Shown piece after piece: positions 1 to 10,295 of a DNA stretch of 64,000 nucleotides. The translations under genes were made by a program, and so were the position numbers. Each line of letters starts with the position of its first letter. Position 1 is the stretch's first letter. Under the pieces are notes generated by a model. The model searched no databases and had not been told where the DNA came from. It worked only from the letters and a program-made list of their open reading frames with translations. The DNA is taken from assembly GCA_963664195.1 (NCBI GenBank), contig OY760907.1:1440001-1504000 (forward strand), written 5' to 3'. This DNA comes from an uncultured candidate division Zixibacteria bacterium. GTDB lineage: Bacteria; Zixibacteria; MSB-5A5; GN15; FEB-12.

Positions 1-165
1 AAAGTGATAGAGGCCGGCTCCGCCGGCAAACTGAAGATAACCGTATCGGTGGGAGTCAGTTCTTTCCCGGAGAATGGCAAATCCGAAGAAGAGCTGGTGT
101 CGATTGCCGATCAGGCATTGTACCAGGCCAAGGGGGCGGGCAAGAATTTGGTCTGTGTATCGTGA
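1..165 (+). CDS. GGDEF diguanylate cyclase domain protein, C-terminal fragment (5' truncated by window)
   Basis: Frame 1 reads KITVSVGVSSFPENGKSEEELVSIADQALYQAKGAGKNLV*, the typical GGDEF C-terminus (T-x-S-x-G ... AD-x-ALY-x-AK-x-x-G-K/R-N). Confidence 0.85.
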   Translation, partial: KVIEAGSAGKLKITVSVGVSSFPENGKSEEELVSIADQALYQAKGAGKNLVCVS

Positions 166-202
166 GGAAGTGTTCTTGGGGACCGCAATTGCGGAGAAGA
201 GT

Positions 203-1201
203 ATGGACAAGTTAGTAAGACAAATTGGTCAGCTGTTTGTCATCGGGTATCCAGGTGAACAACCACCTGCCCCATGGCTGAATTTCGTTGACGAGGAGCA
301 GATTGGCGGGTGTATCCTGTTTGCAGACAACTGCGCGACACATCGCACTGCGATGGAGAGTGTGGATACGATCACCTCGCGCTGTCGATCGTCACAACCG
401 CTGGTGGCAATCGATCAGGAGGGTGGACGGGTCTGCCGACTCAAAGGTGCGCCCGTGGAGTTCGGGGCGGCCTCGGTCTATGCCTCCGAAGGTTTGCTGG
501 ATCGGTACCGCGAGGACTACTCCCGTGCTGTCGTTCTGATGAAATCTCTGGGGATCAACCTCAATCTTGCGCCGGTAGCCGATCTTTTTCTCGATTCCTC
601 AAACAAGTGTCTTGCCTCGCGCTGTTTCGGAGACGATCCGGAGAAGGCCGCAGAGTTCGTGAGAGCATCCGTGACCGTTTCCAAGCAGCACGGTATGCTG
701 TCCTGTCTCAAACACTTTCCGGGGCTTGGAGCGGCATCGATTGACCCGCATCTGGCCACCACCGAGGCCGACTATGATGAAGTCGTTTGGAAGCAGCGAG
801 AGCGCATTCCGTTTGAGGCGGGTATGCATGCCGGCGCCGACATCATCATGACCACGCACATGCGTGTGCGGAGTGTGGATAGCCGCATAGTTACTGAATC
901 CGATTGCATTATCGCCAACTGGATTCGTAACGGGCTTGAGTTCGATGGCCCGATCATCACCGATGACCTCCTGATGAAGGGGGCGGACGAAATGGGTGAT
1001 ATCGGCGAACGGACGGTTAAGGCGTTCAAGGCCGGTCATGATCTCCTCCTGTTTGGTCAGGATTGGGAGCGTGCGGTCGAGGCATTTGATTATTTCGTGG
1101 ATGCTGCCCGCCACGGTGATATTTCCCTCGACGCCATCCGATCCTCGCTGGACCGAGTGGCCGGTATCAAGTACAAATTGCGACGATCCGCCGTGCGCTG
1201 A
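203..1201 (+). CDS. nagZ: beta-N-acetylhexosaminidase (GH3)
   Basis: IDQEGGRV, NLAPVAD, KHFPGLG..DPH and ITDDL motifs; ATG 203 follows GGAGAAG. Confidence 0.9.
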   Translation: MDKLVRQIGQLFVIGYPGEQPPAPWLNFVDEEQIGGCILFADNCATHRTAMESVDTITSRCRSSQPLVAIDQEGGRVCRLKGAPVEFGAASVYASEGLLDRYREDYSRAVVLMKSLGINLNLAPVADLFLDSSNKCLASRCFGDDPEKAAEFVRASVTVSKQHGMLSCLKHFPGLGAASIDPHLATTEADYDEVVWKQRERIPFEAGMHAGADIIMTTHMRVRSVDSRIVTESDCIIANWIRNGLEFDGPIITDDLLMKGADEMGDIGERTVKAFKAGHDLLLFGQDWERAVEAFDYFVDAARHGDISLDAIRSSLDRVAGIKYKLRRSAVR

Positions 1202-1209
1202 GTCTTAGT

Positions 1210-2403
1210 ATGCGATCTCTGATCGATAAACAACAGTTGGTGGTACTCGGCCTAAACTCGGGGACGTCGGCCGACGGTCTCGATTTGGCCGCGGTGAAGA
1301 TCATGCGTTCAGAGAGCGGAGTCAGAACAAAGTTTCTGGCAGGCAAGACGAAGAACTACCCCGCAAAGATACGTGAGTTGGTGCTTTCGACTATCGACGC
1401 GCCGGAAATCGCTGTCGACAAGCTGATCTATCTCGACAATGCTCTCGGGCAATTCTATGGCCGTGCGGCGGCCGGCTTCGTGAAAGAGCTGAAGGCGAAG
1501 AGGATCACGGTGCATGCGGTTGCCTCGCACGGTCAGACGATACGTCATCTGCCGGAGAAAGCAAAGCTGGCCGGGTTTTCAGTTCGCGGTACGCTTCAGA
1601 TTGGTTCTCTTGATCATATGGCTGTCGCGACCGGTCTTCCGGTCATCGGCGATTTCCGTCAGGCCGATATTGCCGTCGGAAACGAAGGGGCGCCCATAAC
1701 TGTGGCCGCCATGGAACGCCTGATGAGTCACGAGACGGAGTCACGCTTGATAGTGAATATCGGAGGTATGTCGAATTACTTCTACTTTCCCGCAAACAGT
1801 AGCGATTACAGGGTACAGGCTGCAGACTGTGGACCGGGCAACGTACTTTGCGACCTGCTTGCCGAGCGGCTGTTTGATAAGAAGTATGACCGTGGCGGAA
1901 AACTTGCGAAAGCAGGAACAGTTTCACGTCGTCTCCTCTCGCTTCTTCTTGCTGAACCGTTTTTCGGCAACAAGACGACCTCTACGGGTAGAGAGGTCTT
2001 CGGGACAGAGATGGCTGACCGCATGGTTGTGCAGGGGAGCAAGCTGAAGCTTCTCGGGAACGATCTGGTTGCAACGGCCGCCGAACTTACCGTCTCAGCA
2101 ATAGCCAGATCGATCAGCCGGATCATCGCACGGGACAAACGGGTGAGAAAATTGTATTTGACCGGAGGGGGCGCTCACAACACATTCATCAGGGAGCGTC
2201 TGGCCGATTTGCTTGACCTCTCCGAAGTGACGTCTGTATCGGCGATCGGCTTCGATCCCGATCTGGTCGAAGCGTCCGCGTTTGCCGTTATGGGTGAGGG
2301 CTGTCTGCGATCTGAGCCGATGCGGACTCGCTTTGACGGGAAGTCCTCGCAGCGGTTGATGCCGGTGCCGGGTAGAATAGTGCAACCACCAAGGAAAGCC
2401 TGA
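1210..2403 (+). CDS. anmK: anhydro-N-acetylmuramic acid kinase
   Basis: GLNSGTSADGLD, SHGQTIRH, DFRQADIAVGNEGAP, NIGGMSN, DCGPGN, STGRE and GGGAHN motifs. Confidence 0.93.
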   Translation: MRSLIDKQQLVVLGLNSGTSADGLDLAAVKIMRSESGVRTKFLAGKTKNYPAKIRELVLSTIDAPEIAVDKLIYLDNALGQFYGRAAAGFVKELKAKRITVHAVASHGQTIRHLPEKAKLAGFSVRGTLQIGSLDHMAVATGLPVIGDFRQADIAVGNEGAPITVAAMERLMSHETESRLIVNIGGMSNYFYFPANSSDYRVQAADCGPGNVLCDLLAERLFDKKYDRGGKLAKAGTVSRRLLSLLLAEPFFGNKTTSTGREVFGTEMADRMVVQGSKLKLLGNDLVATAAELTVSAIARSISRIIARDKRVRKLYLTGGGAHNTFIRERLADLLDLSEVTSVSAIGFDPDLVEASAFAVMGEGCLRSEPMRTRFDGKSSQRLMPVPGRIVQPPRKA

Positions 2404-2445
2404 CTTATGTTCAGTCGCTCGATGACATCAATATCTCTCAAACGC

Positions 2446-3696
2446 ATGAGCAAGCTGTTTGTCCGCATTTCTACTGGTCTGTTGCTGCTGATCCTCATGT
2501 GGAGCTGCGCCCGGGTGCCGGGACTTCAGGAAGAAGCGATCTCCGGCTATATCCGCATTCCGTTTGTTCGCGTGCTGCTTGATGAAACGGGCGAGGAAGT
2601 CACGGTTTCCTCCGACGGATCATTTGCGATTGAGTGTCTCAGTGCCGGTCAACAGGAAGTGTATTACTCGTCGCAGCCGGTGAAGATTCGCGGCGGAAAG
2701 ATGCTGGTGTCGGTGTTCAACAAGAATGGCGCGCCGATCAGCGAACGCATGGACGAGATCAATATAATCCCGCGCGGTAACAACAACCGCACCCGTCTCG
2801 GTGACAAACGATATCGCGGCATTCTGAGATTCCTGCCCAACGGCACGGCCATTCGCGTGATCAACGTCGTATATATGGAAGATTACCTGCGGGGCGTTGT
2901 CCCTCCGGAAATCGGACCGCGCCAGAACGAAGAGATTGAGGCTGTCAAGGCCCAGGCGGTGGCCGCCAGAACTTATGCCATGGCCCACCTCAAGCAGTAC
3001 TCCGGCGCACCGTACGATATGAAGTCCAGCATTATGGATCAGGTCTACCAGGGAGTTACGGTAGAAAACGATCTGGTGAATAAGGCGATCAACGGCACTG
3101 AGGGCGTGGTCATAATGCACCAGGACAAGATGATCAACGCCTATTACCATTCTACCTGTGGCGGACGCACTGATGACATCGAGGCGGTCTGGGATCGTAA
3201 GGAAGAACCCTACCTGAAATCGGTCGAGGATAACGCCGCCTGCTCCTGGTCCAAGTATTACAGTTGGCGCGAAGTCTTCACCGAAAAGCAGCTTCGCGGA
3301 CGGATCGAGCAGTATCTTGCCAGTGACCGTGGACGCGACCTTCGTATCAGTCCCATCACTGATATCATCATACTCGACCGAACTCCGGGAGGTCGCATTC
3401 GTACGCTGCAGGTGCGGACAGCCACGGATTTGTATAGTTTCCACAAGGATCGCATCCGCTGGGTGATCGGGCGAACCTCCGATCCCGATCTGATCCTGCC
3501 GTCTGATCGGTTCACTGCCGACATCGTGCGCGACGGTTCCGGTGGGGTTGCGTCGGTGACTTTCAACGGTCAAGGATACGGGCACGGAGTAGGGATGTGT
3601 CAATGTGGTGCAATCGGGCACTCGCGAGAGGGTTGGACGTATGACCGCATCCTGAAGCACTACTACACCAATGTCGAGCTGAGAAAGTTGTACTGA
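2446..3696 (+). CDS. SpoIID/LytB-domain lytic transglycosylase, probable lipoprotein
   Basis: EDYLRGVVPPE, EAVKAQAVAARTYA, DQVY, YHSTCGG, GYGHGVGMCQCGA, ILKHYY; hydrophobic N-terminus ending in WSC. Start uncertain (2407 or 2446). Confidence 0.88.
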   Translation: MSKLFVRISTGLLLLILMWSCARVPGLQEEAISGYIRIPFVRVLLDETGEEVTVSSDGSFAIECLSAGQQEVYYSSQPVKIRGGKMLVSVFNKNGAPISERMDEINIIPRGNNNRTRLGDKRYRGILRFLPNGTAIRVINVVYMEDYLRGVVPPEIGPRQNEEIEAVKAQAVAARTYAMAHLKQYSGAPYDMKSSIMDQVYQGVTVENDLVNKAINGTEGVVIMHQDKMINAYYHSTCGGRTDDIEAVWDRKEEPYLKSVEDNAACSWSKYYSWREVFTEKQLRGRIEQYLASDRGRDLRISPITDIIILDRTPGGRIRTLQVRTATDLYSFHKDRIRWVIGRTSDPDLILPSDRFTADIVRDGSGGVASVTFNGQGYGHGVGMCQCGAIGHSREGWTYDRILKHYYTNVELRKLY

Positions 3697-3745
3697 TTTG
3701 TGTTATAGGGTTGCTTTCACATCGGGTGTATGCCAAAATAGTGCC

Positions 3746-5191
3746 ATGCGACTTATCACCGTAACAGCGATTCTGTTGATCTGCTCTCTTTCGGTACAGG
3801 CCGGGGATTACAAGTACTCCGCGGGCGTCAGCGGTGGTCTGGTTACGCTGAGTGGCGGTAACTTCTTCAGCTATGACAGCGAGCCGACATTTGGGCTTTC
3901 GCTGGGGCATCGTTTGGCAGACCGATGGTGGCTGGATATCGATTACTCGATGCACTCCTTCACCAACGACACCACAGTCGACAGCACGAGTTCCCTGAGC
4001 GCGTTTTCCAATAACTCCAATTTACAGTTCAAGGCGACGAGAATCGGCGGCACGATTTCGCGCCAACTGTTTTCCTCCTCCAACCTGCTTAATCTGACTC
4101 TCGGGGCGGGCGGTGGAGTGATGGTCTGGCGATTCAACGACGAGGTCGCCGACACCACTTTCAAGGTGCTTGGCGACAAGGGCGAGACAAGAGATTTTGC
4201 CGCAACCGAGCTGTTCCTGGGCGGTTCGGCCGGTATTCTGCTGAAGCCGACCTCGCGGGTTTCCCTGCATGTGATGGGGCGCGCAGACTATTTCACCGGT
4301 GCCGGGGCAGAATTCGAACCCGCGGCCAAGGAAGCGCGGGACAACCTGATGCTCGGCGCGGTGGCGCGGCTGTCAATTATGTTCGGCAGTGTCGGTGAAA
4401 AGAGCGAATGGAAATCAGACGAGACTTGGACGATGCAGCCGAGCGATGGACCGGTGCGGCGTTCCTCCGCGCGTGACTCCGACAATGACGGCGTGCCGGA
4501 TCACAAAGATGAGTGTTTGAACACACCACGGGGTGCGATTGTAGACCGAGATGGCTGTGCAGTGGATACGGACGGCGACGGCATCGCCAACGGGCTCGAT
4601 GACTGTCCGGGAACCCCGCCTGCGGCCAGGAACATGGTGGATATTCACGGCTGTCCGGTGGATTCCGATTACGACGGTGTCGCGGATTATGAGGACAGGT
4701 GTCCGTACAACCCGGTTGGGGCGATTGTTGATGAGACCGGTTGTCCGACCGATGCCGACAACGATGGCGTCCCGGACGGACTTGACGACTGTCCTTATAC
4801 GCTGGTTGGGATGGCCGTCGACAAGCACGGCTGCATAAACCTGGAAATGTTCGACAGGCCGATGGTGCTGAATATCAAGTACGCTTCGGGATCGTTCGAG
4901 ATTGATCCGCACAGCCGTGAACGAATCAAGACTCTGGCTGGTTTGTTGACTTTCGTCAAAGATATCAAGATGGAAATTAACGGATATACAGACAACATCG
5001 GTACACCGGCGGCCAACAAGACTGTTTCGGAGAAACGGGCCAACCGTGTACGCGACTATCTGGTTTCACTCGGAGTAGAGTCTGACAGGATCAAGACCTA
5101 CGGACGGGGCGAGACGAACTTCCTGGCATCGAATCAGACTGCGGAAGGGCGTGCGAGGAATCGCCGGATAGAGATAGTGTTTTACAAATAG
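3746..5191 (+). CDS. OmpA-family outer membrane protein: beta-barrel, thrombospondin-type-3-like Asp-rich repeats, OmpA peptidoglycan-binding domain
   Basis: Signal peptide; four DxDxDGVxDxxDxCP repeats; GYTDNIG..N..SEKRA..V..YL and RARNRRIE. Confidence 0.9.
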   Translation: MRLITVTAILLICSLSVQAGDYKYSAGVSGGLVTLSGGNFFSYDSEPTFGLSLGHRLADRWWLDIDYSMHSFTNDTTVDSTSSLSAFSNNSNLQFKATRIGGTISRQLFSSSNLLNLTLGAGGGVMVWRFNDEVADTTFKVLGDKGETRDFAATELFLGGSAGILLKPTSRVSLHVMGRADYFTGAGAEFEPAAKEARDNLMLGAVARLSIMFGSVGEKSEWKSDETWTMQPSDGPVRRSSARDSDNDGVPDHKDECLNTPRGAIVDRDGCAVDTDGDGIANGLDDCPGTPPAARNMVDIHGCPVDSDYDGVADYEDRCPYNPVGAIVDETGCPTDADNDGVPDGLDDCPYTLVGMAVDKHGCINLEMFDRPMVLNIKYASGSFEIDPHSRERIKTLAGLLTFVKDIKMEINGYTDNIGTPAANKTVSEKRANRVRDYLVSLGVESDRIKTYGRGETNFLASNQTAEGRARNRRIEIVFYK

Positions 5192-5210
5192 CCACCCGAT
5201 TGCGAGCCAG

Positions 5211-5765
5211 ATGAGTTACAGTTACAGTACCGGCAACCTCGAGGATCCCTCGATCAAGCAATATGCGATAGTCATTTTTCTGCCCCCGAGCCTGGAACAG
5301 GTTATCGCGCCTGTCAGAGAGCAATTCGATCCGGACTATCACCTGATACCGGCACATGTCACGCTCGTTTTTCCGTTCGAGACTTCGGCTACATTGGAGG
5401 AACTGAGCGCGGTCATTCTCGCCGAAACCGAGAACATGGGGCCGCTGAGAATCGAACTTGAGTCAATTGACGATTTCTACCCCGCCTGCCCGATCATTTA
5501 TTGGAGAGTGAAGGAATGCGACAGACTGCACCGCCTTTACACACGGCTGTATGCCCGGCTCGATATTCCACTGCCGCACAAACAGTTCCTTCCTCACGTT
5601 ACTTTGGCCAGAGAGATATCGAATCATCGCATTGTGTTGGTGAAGGATCAGATCGCCTCCTGGCTGACCGATGAGGTGTTCGATGCAACCTCGATTGATC
5701 TTGTGTCGCCGATTGTTGGTTACAAATGGGTATCGGTCAGGACCTTTCCGGTAGCCGTCGGTTAG
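5211..5765 (+). CDS. 2H phosphoesterase (2'-5' RNA ligase family)
   Basis: Two HxT motifs (AHVTL, PHVTLA); REQFDP..HLIPAHVTLVFPF pattern. Confidence 0.85.
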   Translation: MSYSYSTGNLEDPSIKQYAIVIFLPPSLEQVIAPVREQFDPDYHLIPAHVTLVFPFETSATLEELSAVILAETENMGPLRIELESIDDFYPACPIIYWRVKECDRLHRLYTRLYARLDIPLPHKQFLPHVTLAREISNHRIVLVKDQIASWLTDEVFDATSIDLVSPIVGYKWVSVRTFPVAVG

Positions 5766-5809
5766 GCCGCTCGCCGGGCGGATTAGTCCCCGTAACAACC
5801 GATAAAATG

Positions 5810-5839
5810 AAAAAAGCGGCCCCGAGGGGCCGCTCTTTT
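5810..5839. terminator. bidirectional intrinsic terminator
   Basis: AAAAAAGCGGCCCC-GA-GGGGCCGCTCTTTT between convergent genes. Confidence 0.8.
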
Positions 5840-5857
5840 CATGAGCTGATCAGCCGA

Positions 5858-6385
5858 TTACTTCTCAGCTTTCTCTTTAAAGGCGTGTACTTTCGGTTTG
5901 CTCTTGGCAAAGTCGAATTCCTTGAAATTCGGGTTGCCCTCCTTCTTGTGACAGCCTTTGCAGGTTTCCTCGGTTGGCACGATCAAACCGGCCTCGACAG
6001 CCATTTTCATGTGCTTCTCAGGGTCGGCCGGCCAATTCTTCTTGGACATGATCTTGGGGGACTTGTAGGCCGATCCCGCCCCGTGACAGGCTTCGCACTG
6101 CACGCCTTCCAGCAGAACGTCCTTGGCTGTGGTTCCTGTGACATGGCATCCCACGCACTCCGGTTTCTTCTTCTCCTCGGCCGAGAGGGCGTCGTAGGCC
6201 TTGGCGTGCTTGGTCTCCAGCCAGCTTGAGTGCTGATCCTTGTGGCACATTTTGCACTTCTTGTCACCGACATACTCGAAAGTCGGTTCGTCTGCTTTCT
6301 TGGCCTCATCGGCAAGAATAGCTACCGCGGTGAAGGCGGCGACTGCCGTTAGGACCGCCAGGATCCTCGCGAGGTTCTTGTACAT
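5858..6385 (-). CDS. periplasmic tetraheme cytochrome c (c554-like)
   Basis: Signal peptide; four CxxCH motifs (CKMCH, CVGCH, CEACH, CKGCH); YVG..C..CH..W..T.HA pattern; AGGAGG RBS. Confidence 0.88.
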   Translation of the reverse strand: MYKNLARILAVLTAVAAFTAVAILADEAKKADEPTFEYVGDKKCKMCHKDQHSSWLETKHAKAYDALSAEEKKKPECVGCHVTGTTAKDVLLEGVQCEACHGAGSAYKSPKIMSKKNWPADPEKHMKMAVEAGLIVPTEETCKGCHKKEGNPNFKEFDFAKSKPKVHAFKEKAEK

Positions 6386-6568
6386 TTAGCCTCCTTAAAG
6401 CTTGTTCAGTCTTGATACCCCAAAACGACTGAAATATTCCCATGAACCCTGTATTATTCTATGGTAACACGCTGGACCCGATGGTGTCAACTTGTTTCGT
6501 AGATGTAGAAAAACAGCATAAATGGCTTGCGAATTCGACGGTCAAACAGTACAATTACGAGGGGAGTT

Positions 6569-7780
6569 ATGAATATACTAATTGTGGCCCAGCATTTTCC
6601 ACCAGAGCGTGGAGCAGTACGACGGCTGTTTGAATTCGCCCGGCACTTTGTTGCCCAGGGGCACCAGGTTTCGGTTCTTACAGCCATCCCGAACTATCCC
6701 GACGGTATTGTCCCTGACAAGTACCGTGGGCATTTTTTCTATGCTGAGGAGATGGAGGGAGTCAAGGTCTACAGAAGTTGGGTACTTCCCGCCTCCAACC
6801 GGAACCCCGGCAAGCGGATGATCGGTTTCGTCACATTTCTCATAACAAGCCTGATTAACTCGTTCCGGATCAAAGAGGATTTTGATGTCGTGTTGGCATC
6901 GACGCCGCCGGTCAATACGCCGCTGATTGGCTGGATCCTGAGCAAACTGCGCAGGGCGCGATTCGTTATCGAGATTCGGGACCTCCAACCGGAGTCCAGC
7001 GAAGATTTCGGCAATCTCAACCGGGGCATCTTCACTCGATTGCTCAAGAAGTACATGCACACCATGTATCGCAAGGCTGAGAAGGTTGTTGCCGTTACCG
7101 ACGGTATCTCGGATTATCTCAAAGATTTGGGACTTCCGCCTGAGAACGTGATGACCATCAAGTCGGGCTTCAGCAAGGAGTTCGTTTCGGTCGACCGCAA
7201 CGGTATTCGTAAGAAGTACGGCTGGGAGGACAAGTTCCTTGTGCTTTATTCCGGCACACTTGGCTGGGCGCATTCTCTTGAAACGGTCATCGAGGCCGCG
7301 CGTCATTTGTCTGACGAGCCTGATGTCATGTTTGCGTTTGTCGGCGAGGGCGAGAAACGTGGCGCTCTCGAAGGTATGGTGAAGGACTACGGTTTGAAGA
7401 ATGTTCGGTTCCTCGGTTCGCAGCCGCTTGAGACTATACCCTACTTCCTAAAATCGTCCGATGTCCTCGTTGAGAGCCTTCGCGAAGTTCCGGTTACCAA
7501 GGGGACCTTCCCGGCCAAGCTGTTTGAGTACATGGCTTCCGGCAGGCCGATCGTTTTCGGATCACACCGTGGCGAGGCTATCCGCGAGCTCGAAACAGCA
7601 GGCGGGGCGCTGGCGTTTTCTTCGGAGGATGCCCCCAAGCTCTGTGAGCACATTATCGGGCTCAAGAATGGCCGTATCGATGGCGAAATGCTGGGGAAGA
7701 AATACCACACGCATGCCCGCAAGTTCCATCATCGGGAGCAATGGGCCGACCGCTATCTGACTTTCCTCGCCGACAAGTAA
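6569..7780 (+). CDS. glycosyltransferase family 4 (WbuB-like)
   Basis: MNILIVAQHFPPE, PNYP, EIRDLQPES, YSGTLG..H, PAKLFEYMASGRPIV. Confidence 0.9.
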   Translation: MNILIVAQHFPPERGAVRRLFEFARHFVAQGHQVSVLTAIPNYPDGIVPDKYRGHFFYAEEMEGVKVYRSWVLPASNRNPGKRMIGFVTFLITSLINSFRIKEDFDVVLASTPPVNTPLIGWILSKLRRARFVIEIRDLQPESSEDFGNLNRGIFTRLLKKYMHTMYRKAEKVVAVTDGISDYLKDLGLPPENVMTIKSGFSKEFVSVDRNGIRKKYGWEDKFLVLYSGTLGWAHSLETVIEAARHLSDEPDVMFAFVGEGEKRGALEGMVKDYGLKNVRFLGSQPLETIPYFLKSSDVLVESLREVPVTKGTFPAKLFEYMASGRPIVFGSHRGEAIRELETAGGALAFSSEDAPKLCEHIIGLKNGRIDGEMLGKKYHTHARKFHHREQWADRYLTFLADK

Positions 7781-7866
7781 TCCTTCTGAAACATCTGCCG
7801 CTTCTTGTCTGTTGCTTTAGTAGTCGTCTGAACAACTAAAGTCTCCAGAACGTGAAGGGTATTCCC

Positions 7867-9294
7867 ATGTCGCATCAGGCAGAAACACCGGCCGGGACGG
7901 GCTTGGTCTCTATTGATGATCTTCCGGAGCTGCTGGTAGGTGCCGGAACCGTGGTGCCGACTCTGCAGGGGCCCAGAACATATATCAACTTCGATAACGC
8001 AGCCTCCACACCCACTTTCCAGCCGACAGTGGACGCGGTCAACTCATTTCTGAAATGGTACTCCAATGTCCACCGTGGAACCGGGTTCAAGTCTCAGCTC
8101 TCAAGCTGGGCGTTTGAGCAGTCACGCAACAGGGTGGCGGAATTCGTGGGCGCTGACTTGAACAAGCAGGTGGTGATCTTCACCAAAAACACCACTGAAG
8201 CAATCAACAAACTTGCTCGACGTGTCGGTTTGACAAACGATGACGTGGTCCTGACAACGCTCATGGAACACCACTCGAATGAGCTTCCGTGGCGTCGGGT
8301 TGCCCGCGTTGAGCATGTCAAACTCAACGATGACGGAACGATTAACAAGGATGACTTCCGTGCCCGGTTGGAGAAGCACGGTTCTAAAGTCAAACTCGTG
8401 GCCATTACCGGCGCCTCAAACGTGACCGGCTATATAAACGATCTCGATTTCTTCGCTCGCGAGACACATCGAGCAGGAGCAGAGATCATGGTCGACGGTG
8501 CCCAACTGGTGCCGCATCGACAAGTCGAGATGAAACCGGATGACCCCGAACTTCGCTGGGATTATCTTGTCTTCTCGGCTCACAAAGTCTATGCCCCGTT
8601 TGGCGTTGGCGTGCTTGTAGGCGACAGGGGGGTGTTTGAGGAGGGCGACCCGAGCGATGTCGGCGGTGGAATGGTCGATATTGTGACGCTGGAAGAGGCA
8701 TACTGGGCGGAACTTCCGGACAAGGAAGAAGCCGGCACGCCCGATGTCGTTGGCGTGGTTGCGCTTGGCCAGACGATCAACCTGATTGAGCAGATTGGCT
8801 GGGATGCGATTATCAAGCACGAGTCTGAGCTGACCGCTCTGGCGTTGATGAGACTCAAGGAGATACCGGGTGTGACTCTGTACGGTGACACCGATCCTGA
8901 CCGTGCCGACAAACGGCTGGGGGTCATTGCTCTGAACATCGAAGGTCTCCCCCATGCACTGACTGCTGCCGTGCTTAGCTACGAGGGAGGAATCGGTGTT
9001 CGGTCCGGCTGTTTCTGTGCCCACACCTACGTGAAGGAATTGCTGAAGGTAGACGAGGCGGAATCGAGGGCATATGAAGAGAGAATTCTGGCTCGCGATC
9101 GCTCTGTTGTTCCGGGAGCGGTGCGCGTTTCTTTTGGCATGTACAACACGGCCGCGGAAGTGGAATCGCTCGTTGAGATGGTTGCTCGCATCGCCGCGGG
9201 CGAGTATCGGAAGGACTACGTGCTGAACTTTGAGCGCGGGGAGTACAGTCCGCCCCATGTCCAGTTCGATTTCACTAAGTACTTCCAGGTATGA
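7867..9294 (+). CDS. class V PLP-dependent aminotransferase (cysteine desulfurase-like)
   Basis: NFDNAAST, EHHSNELPW, DGAQLVPH, SAHK (PLP lysine), RSGCFCAH. Confidence 0.88.
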   Translation: MSHQAETPAGTGLVSIDDLPELLVGAGTVVPTLQGPRTYINFDNAASTPTFQPTVDAVNSFLKWYSNVHRGTGFKSQLSSWAFEQSRNRVAEFVGADLNKQVVIFTKNTTEAINKLARRVGLTNDDVVLTTLMEHHSNELPWRRVARVEHVKLNDDGTINKDDFRARLEKHGSKVKLVAITGASNVTGYINDLDFFARETHRAGAEIMVDGAQLVPHRQVEMKPDDPELRWDYLVFSAHKVYAPFGVGVLVGDRGVFEEGDPSDVGGGMVDIVTLEEAYWAELPDKEEAGTPDVVGVVALGQTINLIEQIGWDAIIKHESELTALALMRLKEIPGVTLYGDTDPDRADKRLGVIALNIEGLPHALTAAVLSYEGGIGVRSGCFCAHTYVKELLKVDEAESRAYEERILARDRSVVPGAVRVSFGMYNTAAEVESLVEMVARIAAGEYRKDYVLNFERGEYSPPHVQFDFTKYFQV

Positions 9295-9466
9295 CTCTGC
9301 GCTGAAGTGCCCCGCTATCGTGGAGTGTAGACATATGTATGTTGACACCGGCGATGCCATTATCCTGGCCTTCCGGTGCTGTCTGTATTCGTTACCGGGT
9401 GTCACTATGGTCGGTCAGGGACCTACTTCATGCCGTCCTACACGCGCTTGATTCCGATTGTGTCCT

Positions 9467-10231
9467 TCACTTCAAGAGCAGCATCTTTCTGGTCTCAACC
9501 TTGTCGTCGGTGCGCAAGCGATACAGGTACACACCGCTCGCGTATTTTCTGGCATCCCATTCGATCAAGTGTTCACCTGCTGACATTCGTCCTTCTGCGA
9601 GCACCTCAATCGTCTGTCCCGTTATATTGCAGACATCGAGAACGACATCCGAGGCGCGCGGCAATTGCAGCCGTATGGTCGTTGTCGGGTTGAACGGGTT
9701 GGGGTAGTTCTGGCCCAGACTGTACTCATCCGGCAGGAGACCATCTTCCTGATCACCTACATCGCTTGGGGCCCTGTCCAGTTCCACGTATTCTTCGTTT
9801 ATCCGCCACACGGGATTTACCGATACGCATTGGTTGCCAGGACAGCAATCGGAGGGGTTCTTGCACTTGTACGTCAGGGCAACGAATGGGCCTGATTCCG
9901 AAAAACCCATTCCTGCTGAAGCTCCCGCATAAAAGCAACTATCCTTGTCTTCAATGCAGTTGCTGGCAAACGTAAAGTTGTCTGCGATTCCTGCACCGAA
10001 ATCTGAGTAAACGAATTCAAGATCATCCGAATCGTAAGAGAGATGCATCTCGACTCCCATAATCGGCAGGTACCCATAGCTCTCCACTTCGGTGAGCCAC
10101 AAGTAAACGATCAGTGTGTCGCCGCGCGACTGCTCGAATTCGACGCTGTACCCGATTGCATTGGCAGGTGAACTGAATAACAGCAGGGACAGGACCAGTC
10201 CGAGAGAGATCAGAGCGGATTTCTTAATCAT
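9467..10231 (-). CDS. secreted protein: cohesin-like domain plus T9SS-type C-terminal domain
   Basis: Signal peptide MIKKSAL..ANA; GVEMHLSYDSDDLEFV resembles the cohesin F-x-L-x-YD strand; LGQNYPNPFNP..SGVYLYRL..KMLLLK tail; AAGGAG RBS. Confidence 0.7.
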   Translation of the reverse strand: MIKKSALISLGLVLSLLLFSSPANAIGYSVEFEQSRGDTLIVYLWLTEVESYGYLPIMGVEMHLSYDSDDLEFVYSDFGAGIADNFTFASNCIEDKDSCFYAGASAGMGFSESGPFVALTYKCKNPSDCCPGNQCVSVNPVWRINEEYVELDRAPSDVGDQEDGLLPDEYSLGQNYPNPFNPTTTIRLQLPRASDVVLDVCNITGQTIEVLAEGRMSAGEHLIEWDARKYASGVYLYRLRTDDKVETRKMLLLK

Positions 10232-10295
10232 GCGTATCTCCTTTAACATGGTGGGCGGCCAGAAGAACCGCCCACCGATGCACAAGCTACTGATG

